Notes under the pieces: model-generated
Seen by the model: only the letters and a program-made list of their open reading frames with translations
What the model was told of the DNA's origin: nothing
The model's database searches: none
Source: Spirochaetia bacterium
GTDB lineage: Bacteria > Spirochaetota > Spirochaetia > SP-2023
Assembly (NCBI GenBank): GCA_965225855.1
Contig: CBDDCK010000005.1
Location: 1,061,509 to 1,125,508, forward strand
Length of the DNA: 64,000 nucleotides
Direction of reading: 5' to 3'
Shown: positions 1-8,057 of the stretch, one piece after another
Numbering within the stretch: the first letter of the stretch is position 1
How the letters are laid out: each line of letters starts with the position of its first letter
Made by a program: the position numbers and the translations under genes

Positions 1-586
1 TAGTGCGAGTCGGATAGATACATTTTATCGGCATAAAAGATAAAACAGCAAAAATAGTCAGTATCACTGTATTAAAAACTTTACCTGTACTGCCAAAAAC
101 TAAGAAATAGATCAGCAATATCCAAGCAGAAGGAAAACCACGAAAAAAATAATCTTGATCTGAAGACCCTAAAAACCCTTTTTTTGCACTATCAATATTG
201 GATTTCGCATCGCTGCGACAGAATTGATAAGTTGAAGCAATACAGATTAGACTGATAACCGCAATACCATAAATATTATGTGGTACCAATTGAGCCTCCC
301 ATACGATAAATGCGGGAATGATAGACCAAACTAAAAAATCAATAATATTATCGAGCAAACTGCCATCAATTTCGGAGAGCACTTTTTTGACCTGAACCCA
401 CCGAGCTAAGAGGCCATCAAATGCATCGACAAGGACGGCTATAACTAACAACAAATAAGCTTTATACCAGTTGTGCTCTGCAATGTATGTAAGAGAAAAA
501 ACGGCAAAGACAGCACCACTAGCAGTAAATAGGTGAACGATATAGGCAAGAGTTTTTTGTAGAGCAGAATAAGATATCAAAGCCAA
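1..586 (-). CDS. pcs: CDP-alcohol phosphatidyltransferase family protein, phosphatidylcholine-synthase-like; its 3' end runs off the window start
   Basis: My own minus-strand translation from a TTG at 586 (GGAG just upstream) gives LALISYSALQKTLAYIVHLFTASGAVF...VDAFDGLLARWVQVKKVLSEIDGSLLDNIIDF. This is DG-x2-AR-x12-G-x3-D-x3-D, the x12 variant of the CDP-alcohol transferase motif described for bacterial Pcs, in a multi-TM protein. It is absent from the ORF track (no ATG, no stop in the window). The start codon is uncertain. Confidence 0.6.
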   Translation of the reverse strand, partial: MALISYSALQKTLAYIVHLFTASGAVFAVFSLTYIAEHNWYKAYLLLVIAVLVDAFDGLLARWVQVKKVLSEIDGSLLDNIIDFLVWSIIPAFIVWEAQLVPHNIYGIAVISLICIASTYQFCRSDAKSNIDSAKKGFLGSSDQDYFFRGFPSAWILLIYFLVFGSTGKVFNTVILTIFAVLSFMPIKCIYPTRT

Positions 587-592
587 ATCTCC

Positions 593-1333
593 TTAATTTG
601 TTGATGTCGGATTTTTTTTGATATATTGAAACAATACACGGCCCCGAATTTGTTCAATACCTATCGCACCCCAGTAGGAAGAGTCATTGCCGATATTTCG
701 ATTATCGGACAATACAAAATATTCACCCTGACGCAATGTAACTTTTTCGGTATTACCCAGTAATGGCAAATTCTTAGGCCAGTTCCGAGTATTTTGCCCA
801 CCAGAAAGTATGATATAATTGTTATCAATCAGCTCAAATTCGGAAGTAAAGTATTGCATATTATTGTCACTAGGTTGAATCTGTGCAATATGGTTGGCCA
901 TGTAAATTGTATCACCGGGTATACCAATTACTCTGCGTACCATATATGGATTTTTGCCTAAATGCTTCATTTGGTTTAAATCGGCAATATTTAAAGTGAT
1001 AAAGCGGTATAGTGTATTGAGCCAATGCATTGCTATAGACAAAGGCTTATGGTAGGGTGCCGCCAATACTACAATTGTTCCGCGCGGGATTTTGCGATGA
1101 AAAGGGAGTACACTATTGGGCATACCAATAGAACTATAAAATAGATAACTATTTTGATTAATATTGGGCTCCATAGAAATACTTCGGACTTTTAGGGGCA
1201 CAAGAATACTATAAAAAAACAGATGTAGCATGTAGATACTAAAAATCACAATCACCAGCGGAATTTTGCGGTTGTTGTGGTTGAGAAAATTATTTTTGTT
1301 GTTTTTAGTAGACATCGGCAAATCTTGCATCAA
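593..1333 (-). CDS. lepB: Signal peptidase I
   Basis: N-terminal TM segment. Catalytic Ser box 'RSISMEPNI', 'RRVIGIPGDTI' box and 'SDNRNIGNDSSYWG' box, all typical of S26 peptidases. Confidence 0.85.
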   Translation of the reverse strand: MMQDLPMSTKNNKNNFLNHNNRKIPLVIVIFSIYMLHLFFYSILVPLKVRSISMEPNINQNSYLFYSSIGMPNSVLPFHRKIPRGTIVVLAAPYHKPLSIAMHWLNTLYRFITLNIADLNQMKHLGKNPYMVRRVIGIPGDTIYMANHIAQIQPSDNNMQYFTSEFELIDNNYIILSGGQNTRNWPKNLPLLGNTEKVTLRQGEYFVLSDNRNIGNDSSYWGAIGIEQIRGRVLFQYIKKNPTSTN

Positions 1334-1342
1334 AATAATTCA

Positions 1343-2398
1343 TTATTGAATCGTTTTTTTATCGTGGCGCGCCACGAAGTTTTGTGGTTCTAAACTACGA
1401 AAGCGGCTAAAAGGGGCCACAATATAGGTCAATCGGCCTTGTAAATCATCTTTATTGAGTATGCCAAACCACCTGCCATCATGCGAATGATCGCGATTGT
1501 CTCCAAATGGCTCAAAGTAAGCTGCTGGAATTGCATCACCTAAGCGGTCTGCGATAAAGCGGCTGCGAATCGCAACATCGTGGGGGCTACTTAAATATGC
1601 ATTGCGCACACGCTGCTCGTAAGAGCGATCCATGTTATAATAGTTGGTCTGATTAAATAATTTCATATTGCGTTGGGTTTCATAATGTAAGCTCAATTCT
1701 TTTTTTATGAATTTTTCACTGGAAAATTTTTTAGTTCCTGCCAAACGTATTTCTGGATAACCAGAAACGAAGCGCACCCTGTCTCCGCCAACGGCAATAA
1801 CACGCTTAACCAGCAACGGAGGTTGATAATTGTTGAAAGTGTATTGGTAATTTGGTTGTGAACTGGGGGCATAAAGCATTGGCTGGGAAGCTAGCCTCAC
1901 CGGAGGCTTAGGACTGTTTTCGTATGCTTTTAGGTCTAAATCCAACTTAGCAAATGTCAATAAAAAAACAACACGCTGGGCAATTAAAAACAGAGTATTA
2001 GGCCTACGATATTCAGGGGATATAAAGGGAATCACTGTCCCGCGCACTACCTTTTTTTGCGAAAAAAATTTACGAGCAAAAGGGTAGGGTTCTAAACCAT
2101 AAGCCAATTTGTTGACAATAACGCGATCTTGTACTAACAAAGTGGGAACCATAGAACTTGAAGGAATCACGAATAATTGAAGCAAATATTGGTTGATAAG
2201 CAATACCGAAAGCAAAACCACCAACAAGACTTCAATCCAATCGCGCAATGCTGATATGCGTTGCTGGCGCAATTTTTGCCGGTATGTTTGGTAGCGGACA
2301 AAATTAATTAGTGCTTCTGTACTGCGCACCAAATATTTAGAAATAGAACTCATGTTCATGAAACAAAGTAATATAGCAAATTGGCTTTGTTTAGACAA
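1343..2398 (-). CDS. lepB: Signal peptidase I (second, longer paralogue)
   Basis: 'IPSSSMVPTLLVQDRVIVNK' (Ser box), 'VKRVIAVGGDRV' and 'GDNRDHSHDGRWFG' boxes. Sits in tandem with the downstream lepB. The true start may be an internal Met. Confidence 0.8.
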   Translation of the reverse strand: MSKQSQFAILLCFMNMSSISKYLVRSTEALINFVRYQTYRQKLRQQRISALRDWIEVLLVVLLSVLLINQYLLQLFVIPSSSMVPTLLVQDRVIVNKLAYGLEPYPFARKFFSQKKVVRGTVIPFISPEYRRPNTLFLIAQRVVFLLTFAKLDLDLKAYENSPKPPVRLASQPMLYAPSSQPNYQYTFNNYQPPLLVKRVIAVGGDRVRFVSGYPEIRLAGTKKFSSEKFIKKELSLHYETQRNMKLFNQTNYYNMDRSYEQRVRNAYLSSPHDVAIRSRFIADRLGDAIPAAYFEPFGDNRDHSHDGRWFGILNKDDLQGRLTYIVAPFSRFRSLEPQNFVARHDKKTIQ

Positions 2399-2533
2399 TA
2401 AAATAAGCTCTACTATTGGAAAGCTTATTTCAGTAGACTTACACTAATAGGCTTGTAATAACTGGTTAACAATATTATTGTGCTTATATAACCGGCCTAA
2501 ATTTTTTGAAAATCGATATTTAAGGAATCTTTC

Positions 2534-3349
2534 ATGAACATGGCAATCGATCTGATAAATGGGCAAAGTCGCCATTTAATTTCCTGGAATGTCAATGGTA
2601 TCCGAGCTATCCATAATAAGGGCTTACTCTCTCCATTGTTTGCAGGATCGTGGGATATTATTGCTCTGCAAGAGACAAAGGCCCAAGAATTGGATGAGGA
2701 ATTGGCCCAGCAGCCCGGGTATCAATCTTTTTGGTCTAGTGCCAAGCGCAAAGGTTATAGTGGCACGGCTCTGTTTATTAAAGATGACTTAAAACCGAAC
2801 CGCATTTTGTGTATGGAAAATATTATTGGCAAAAATGAATTTGATAGTGAAGGCCGAACCTTGATTGCCGATTTTGGCCATTTTGTTTTGCTGAATTGTT
2901 ATTTTCCCAACTCACAGGAAAAGGGTAAACGGCTGGATTATAAAATGGCTTTTAACCATGCGATACATTGCTGCTGTAATGAATTGAGCGAAAACCATAA
3001 GCGTCCGGTATTGCTTTGTGGTGATTATAATGTTGCAGTGCGCGAAATTGATTTAGCTCGGCCCGATGAGAATCATGATTCACCGGGCTTTTTGCCACAG
3101 GAGCGCGAATGGATGGAATATTTTTTAGCTAGCGGTTATAGTGATAGCTTTCGTCATTTTTATCCTGAACAAACAGGGGCTTATAGCTGGTGGTCCTACC
3201 GCACGCGAGCACGCGAGCGCAATGTGGGCTGGCGGATTGATTATTTTTGCATCAATCAGCCATTTTTGCATTGCCTTAAAGACGCGGCTGTTCTTGACCA
3301 AGCGATGGGTAGTGACCATTGCCCGGTTTGCATTACTGCCGAGCTGTAA
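2534..3349 (+). CDS. xth: Exodeoxyribonuclease III (AP endonuclease, EEP family)
   Basis: 'SWNVNGIRA', 'LQETK', 'GYSGTALF', 'CYFPN', 'GDYNVA', 'WWSYR', 'GWRIDY' and 'GSDHCPV' motifs in the canonical order. Confidence 0.9.
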   Translation: MNMAIDLINGQSRHLISWNVNGIRAIHNKGLLSPLFAGSWDIIALQETKAQELDEELAQQPGYQSFWSSAKRKGYSGTALFIKDDLKPNRILCMENIIGKNEFDSEGRTLIADFGHFVLLNCYFPNSQEKGKRLDYKMAFNHAIHCCCNELSENHKRPVLLCGDYNVAVREIDLARPDENHDSPGFLPQEREWMEYFLASGYSDSFRHFYPEQTGAYSWWSYRTRARERNVGWRIDYFCINQPFLHCLKDAAVLDQAMGSDHCPVCITAEL

Positions 3350-3740
3350 AAATCCAAGTTAAAAATTATGGTGAAAAGTGGCGAGAATATTTTGGGTAAA
3401 ACTATTTAAAAAAGCTGCTTTGGCCCATTTGGATTCTACTGTTTTTTCTTATACAAATATTTATTTCCAAACTATTTATGCTCAGAGTGTCCCTATTTGA
3501 AAAAATATACTATTACCAAAATTTATTTTAAGGGCGGAGCAGGATTAAATCGCTATTATATATTTTCTTTTTTAGGGTTTGAAGAAGGTAATACTTTTAT
3601 CCCAAGTTACCCCAAGCGAGCTAAACCAAAAACTCAAAGATAGTCGCTGGCTTTTGCGTAGCCAATGGTATTGGTATTTTCGGTATTTTCAAGCAGATTT
3701 TGAAACGCGTTAGTATCCTGAAGGCCGAGTAGAAATTTTT

Positions 3741-4526
3741 GTGCTACTAGAGTCTAGCTCTAAACGTTTCGGTTCTAAGTCCGATGAACATTCGTTTCTC
3801 TGGTTTCACCGGCAGACGCAATCCCTTGCAGTGCATTTCGCTTCCAAGTGGGCAAAATTACCAGGCCTATCTTGGTATTTTCCGCGCATTGATAATAGCT
3901 TTTTTGGTACAAATATTGTGATAGTGGAAGTCCAAACCCAAAAATTTTTAGAACGTTTCAACTTAGATGAGTTGGGGCTTACGGTATTTTGGCTGCGTGG
4001 TGGTGCCGAAGAATTTATCCAAACAAGCCCAGTGGTTAAGTTGGGCCTTTCCCAAAAATATTGGTTGATTTTGGACTTAGATGGTTTTGGTTTGATTTTT
4101 GATTTTATTATTGGGGCTTTTGTCGATTTAGATGGATTGTATTTATTGAAGAGCCGACTTTGGGCTATGAAATTTGGGTTGCAATTTGATGTTGGGGTTA
4201 TTGCTGGTTTATTTTTGTTACAAAGCAAATATAGGCTGTTACTGCGCCCCAGCCCTTGGTTGGAACTCTCTTTATTGAGCAACATTATAAGTAGCTTAAA
4301 TATTGGAAGTCTTAACTCTGAAATATCTAGTATAAACTTAGAGGATAATGATGTAGATTTTTATGCCTTAGGCCGTTTTAGAACCACTTCTCAACTTTCG
4401 CAAAACGATTATGACAACCGCACCGAATTTAATGTTGGGTTGGAAGGTAAATTGGGCCTTTCTGCTGGTTTGTTCAATAATTCAAGTTTATCTTTGAGTT
4501 TCTCCGCTTTTTTAGCAACATTGTAA
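3741..4526 (+). CDS. Hypothetical protein; possibly the remnant of a beta-barrel outer-membrane protein gene
   Basis: GTG-initiated 261-aa ORF with alternating hydrophobic beta-strand-like stretches (WAMKFGLQFDVGVIAGLF, FNVGLEGKLGLSAGLF). The 3368-3740 region upstream reads like the same kind of protein but is broken by stops. Its 3' end overlaps the effector gene on the opposite strand by 118 nt. Weak call. Confidence 0.25.
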   Translation: MLLESSSKRFGSKSDEHSFLWFHRQTQSLAVHFASKWAKLPGLSWYFPRIDNSFFGTNIVIVEVQTQKFLERFNLDELGLTVFWLRGGAEEFIQTSPVVKLGLSQKYWLILDLDGFGLIFDFIIGAFVDLDGLYLLKSRLWAMKFGLQFDVGVIAGLFLLQSKYRLLLRPSPWLELSLLSNIISSLNIGSLNSEISSINLEDNDVDFYALGRFRTTSQLSQNDYDNRTEFNVGLEGKLGLSAGLFNNSSLSLSFSAFLATL

Positions 4527-7500
4527 GCAGCGACTTTATCAGGGTCATTGATTTCATCGCTGATTTGTTCTTTATGTATATCTAAAATATTTTCGGTGTC
4601 AAAACCACAAGATTTATCATGTTTGCCACAAATATATTGATGCTTTGTAAACTTTAAATGGTTTTTTTCTTCTTCTCGATAAACCCATTCATTTTCACAA
4701 TAAGGACAGTTATCACTGGTTTGTTTTTCACTGGTAAAAATAATGGCTCCGTATTGATCTATATGTTTTATAATAATATCACTTTTTTTTGATTTATACT
4801 CTTTATTCTTATCTCCCCAACCTTTATCTTTCTTCAATTGCTCTAATTGCTCTAAAGCAAGTTCCCTTTCTCTTACCTTAAGTTCCCTAATCTCAATCAA
4901 ATCCTTAATATGCGGTGGGACAAAGCCTTTGGTTTGAAATTTTTGGAATAAAGCATACTCTAATCGCCGTGAAATATTGATATACAAATCTTGAAAATGC
5001 TTATCAATCATGTCTCTACTCAAGTCTTCTAAGACGATAAACCCGGGATATTTATCTTGTACGGAATATTTATCTTGTAGAAAAGAGATAACCCCAATCA
5101 TATTCGCTACCAAAGCATCTCGAAGATGATTGATTTTATTAGCACTTGGTTTATGCTCACTTCTATCGGTTGCTTGAAGTTCTTGCAAAAACTCTTCAAA
5201 GCGTTGTTTAATATCTTCTTTGGTATAGGTGTAGTCTTTTAATTCTAAGCCCTCATATTCTTTTTCCCAATAATAAAAAGGTTTACCATCTATTTTGAGA
5301 TGAACGCCTTTATCATCTTCCCAATCGCTTATGCAAGAATTTTCATTGTAGTTTTCAAAAATGATTTTTTTAGCAGCTTCTTTTTTGAGTTTTAAGTAAG
5401 TGAAAACATCACCATTTAAAATGATTTTATCTTTGATCACTTTAGCTTTTGTAAGATCAATGAAGGCAAGATTTTTTTGCTCAAACAAATCATCTCTATC
5501 TATTCTATCTATGAAATAAGAAAGATTATTAAAAATTCTTCTTTCTTTTATATTATCAAAATTGACCATTTTATGGCTTGGTTTTTCTTTGGTATTATAA
5601 AAATCTTTTCTCAGTTCATAGCATTTGATATCTTGCTCTTCAATTGGAAAAGTTGGTTTTAATATTTCTTGTTTTTCTTTTTTATTTTTATCATAAAGAT
5701 ATTTATTGTCTTGATTAAACTTAGCAATGCACAAAGTTGCTAATTCGATATTCCCTCTATCTATGCCATATTTGTAAAAAGTATCCCAGTTTTGGTTGTT
5801 AAAATCTCTATTAAAATCTTTGATTTTCTCTTCTATTTCTTCTGCTTTGGCAAAGGCTAAATCTGTATGTAGGGAGTTTGGATTCAGTGTAAAAGTAGTA
5901 GTAAGAGTGAATTGGTCACGACATTTTCTATTATCTGAATAATTATTAGTTGATAAATAGTTATGCTCTGTATGATCTTTTCTCCTAAAATTAATTTTCA
6001 TTTCAGGGTTTAATCTGATTGTATCGTTATTGGTAGTATTCCAAAAATCAAGCCACATTTTAGTATGTCTTCTGTTTTGGCTCTTTGGTGTTTGGTATTC
6101 ATTTTGATTTCTTTTTTCTAAGTCATAAGAAGTGATCTTAAAAACGACAATATCAAATTTTTTCATCAAATCATCTCTTGTTTTTTGATTTAAGCCAAAC
6201 GCTTTCATTTTATAAAGCGAATTCATCTCTTTTTCAAATGTTTCATTATCTTTTGCATTTAATACTTTGCTCAAATCAAAGTCAGATAAGTCTAAAATAG
6301 ACTGTGCATAAGCTGTTTCTAAAATGCCTTGCATAAATTCCAATTCATATTCGGCTTTTGATTTATCACAAGGTTTTTTATTTTTATGATTATTTTTTCT
6401 ATTTTGTAACTCATTCTTATCATTGGTGGCTTCTTTGCTATCAGAATGAATTTTCAATAATTTGTGCAATGCCCTTTTGGTAAGAGTATCCCGCACATAT
6501 TCATACATATCTTTAAGCCCCTTAATAAAAGTACTCTCTTCGGCAAAGCATAGTTTGTGCAATGCCCTTTTGGTAAGAGATGAGATAAAATGTAATTGAT
6601 AGTCTTCATTAGTTTGTGAGCTGGTTAATTTTTCTAATTCTTTTCTCAACGCTTGCATCTTTTCTTTTGGTATCAGCCATAAGAAATCTTCATTTTTATT
6701 TTTATTTTTGCCAATTCCTATCCAATATCTATTTTGTTCTGCTTCTAATTGTTGTTTTTCTAAATTTTTACTACTTGCTTTTATCTTGCCATACTGCATA
6801 GCAATAGTTTTGTAGCTATCTATAAATTCTACCCAATTTTTAAAATAATCATTAAAAACTTTCTTGTTTTGTTTTCTATCAAACCAAGACCTTTTAATTA
6901 GATAATCTCCTCGTTTTTGTTTGGGGGTTTTCTCTTGATTGCTTTTATCACCTTTGTTTTTGTTTTTATCAATTTGTTTTGTTAATAGGATACATTTTTC
7001 TATAAAGCCTAAGCCTTTATCTTGAAAAAAGTAATACTTATTTTCCAGATTATCAGTTTGTTTTTGGCAATCTTCAAAGAACTGGCTTTTCATTTTAGCT
7101 TTCAAATCTTGCATCAAAAATTTTATTTCTTCAATTGTGAAACTAATTTTATTCTCTGGAGATTGTTTAATCAGATTGTATTCATCTAAAAAACTTGATT
7201 CTTCTTTGGATTTAAAGCAAATTTCTTTATCCTTATTATCTTTCTTAAAAATTGGTATCGTTAAAGTTTTTTTATCTTTATCATAACAAGCTATTTTCTC
7301 ATCTTGTCGATCTTCTAATTTTTTAATCTCACCATCAAAATACTCTTTAGATTTTTTATTCACGGTGTAGTAGTTCATACTACCACCTGCTAAACAAATC
7401 CCTGCAGTTTGAAAAGGTAAATAATTTTCTTGTAAAGCGAGCCATTCTTTTTCAAGTTCCTTAATCTTTTTATAAAGCCTGTTTATCTCTTCACTTTTAT

Positions 7501-8017
7501 GTTTATGATTTAAGTTCTGTAAAAAGTCTCTAATCAAGAATAAATATTTTTTTGAACAAAACTCATTGATTAGAAAAGCAATTTCACTGTTTCGCTCTTT
7601 TTCATTTTGATTTTTTGAAAGTAATTCTTTGATTTTATTTAAAAGTTTTTCTATGATTAAAAGTTCTCCTGATTTATTACCATTATTATTAATGAATAAT
7701 TCAAATAATTTATCTTTTAAATACGATACTTTTTCAACAAAATATTCTTTCTTTTTATGCTGTGCATAAAAGTCATTCTTAAAATAATTTTTCAAAAAAT
7801 CTTTCTTTATAATCAAAAGAGAATTTATTTTTATTTTTTTCTCATCTTCATAAAAAAATAATTCTTTTAAAGATTTGAAAAATTTTTCTGTTTCAATAAT
7901 CAATTCTTTCTCATTTATCTCTTTTATTTTTGGGAGGCTTAAATCTCCTTGAATCTTTTCTAATTTAAATCGTGTTGATTTTGTGTAAGTATATTTGTAT
8001 TTGTTAAAGTCTTTCAT
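4409..8017 (-). CDS. Second type V (Cas12-family) effector, 1,202 aa, with Cas12a2-like architecture
   Basis: N-terminal 'KSTRFKLEKIQG' matches Cas12a 'KTLRFELKPIG'. 'ITSYDL..RHTKMWLDFW..RLNPEMKINFRRK' matches Cas12a 'IYNKDFS..NLHTIFWKALF..KLNGQAELFFRK'. RuvC-I is 'YGIDRGN' (D753, nt 5759-5761), RuvC-II is 'FIVLEDLS' (E997, nt 5027-5029) and RuvC-III is 'DPDKVAAYNVAKK' (D1160, nt 4538-4540). A Cys4 ribbon, C1104-x2-C1107...C1130-x6-C1137, sits between RuvC-II and RuvC-III. The start lies 40 nt after the cas12a stop, with an AAAGGA RBS. Confidence 0.75.
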   Translation of the reverse strand: MKDFNKYKYTYTKSTRFKLEKIQGDLSLPKIKEINEKELIIETEKFFKSLKELFFYEDEKKIKINSLLIIKKDFLKNYFKNDFYAQHKKKEYFVEKVSYLKDKLFELFINNNGNKSGELLIIEKLLNKIKELLSKNQNEKERNSEIAFLINEFCSKKYLFLIRDFLQNLNHKHKSEEINRLYKKIKELEKEWLALQENYLPFQTAGICLAGGSMNYYTVNKKSKEYFDGEIKKLEDRQDEKIACYDKDKKTLTIPIFKKDNKDKEICFKSKEESSFLDEYNLIKQSPENKISFTIEEIKFLMQDLKAKMKSQFFEDCQKQTDNLENKYYFFQDKGLGFIEKCILLTKQIDKNKNKGDKSNQEKTPKQKRGDYLIKRSWFDRKQNKKVFNDYFKNWVEFIDSYKTIAMQYGKIKASSKNLEKQQLEAEQNRYWIGIGKNKNKNEDFLWLIPKEKMQALRKELEKLTSSQTNEDYQLHFISSLTKRALHKLCFAEESTFIKGLKDMYEYVRDTLTKRALHKLLKIHSDSKEATNDKNELQNRKNNHKNKKPCDKSKAEYELEFMQGILETAYAQSILDLSDFDLSKVLNAKDNETFEKEMNSLYKMKAFGLNQKTRDDLMKKFDIVVFKITSYDLEKRNQNEYQTPKSQNRRHTKMWLDFWNTTNNDTIRLNPEMKINFRRKDHTEHNYLSTNNYSDNRKCRDQFTLTTTFTLNPNSLHTDLAFAKAEEIEEKIKDFNRDFNNQNWDTFYKYGIDRGNIELATLCIAKFNQDNKYLYDKNKKEKQEILKPTFPIEEQDIKCYELRKDFYNTKEKPSHKMVNFDNIKERRIFNNLSYFIDRIDRDDLFEQKNLAFIDLTKAKVIKDKIILNGDVFTYLKLKKEAAKKIIFENYNENSCISDWEDDKGVHLKIDGKPFYYWEKEYEGLELKDYTYTKEDIKQRFEEFLQELQATDRSEHKPSANKINHLRDALVANMIGVISFLQDKYSVQDKYPGFIVLEDLSRDMIDKHFQDLYINISRRLEYALFQKFQTKGFVPPHIKDLIEIRELKVRERELALEQLEQLKKDKGWGDKNKEYKSKKSDIIIKHIDQYGAIIFTSEKQTSDNCPYCENEWVYREEEKNHLKFTKHQYICGKHDKSCGFDTENILDIHKEQISDEINDPDKVAAYNVAKKAEKLKDKLELLNKPAERPNLPSNPTLNSVRLS

Positions 8018-8057
8018 TTTTATTCCTTTTAATTTTTATTTTAAAGTTTTATCAAGA

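Noticed and set aside
593-2398. Tandem signal peptidase I paralogues as something unusual.
   Set aside because: Duplicated lepB genes are common in bacteria. Both copies keep the catalytic boxes, and nothing is anomalous in the sequence.
3725-3755. Possible second degenerate CRISPR repeat at the left side of the island (exact 10-mer AGTAGAAATT at 3728-3737).
   Set aside because: Beyond the 10-mer only about 7 of 15 further positions align, even with gaps. A single 10-mer match in 128 kb of two-strand sequence is expected by chance at appreciable frequency.
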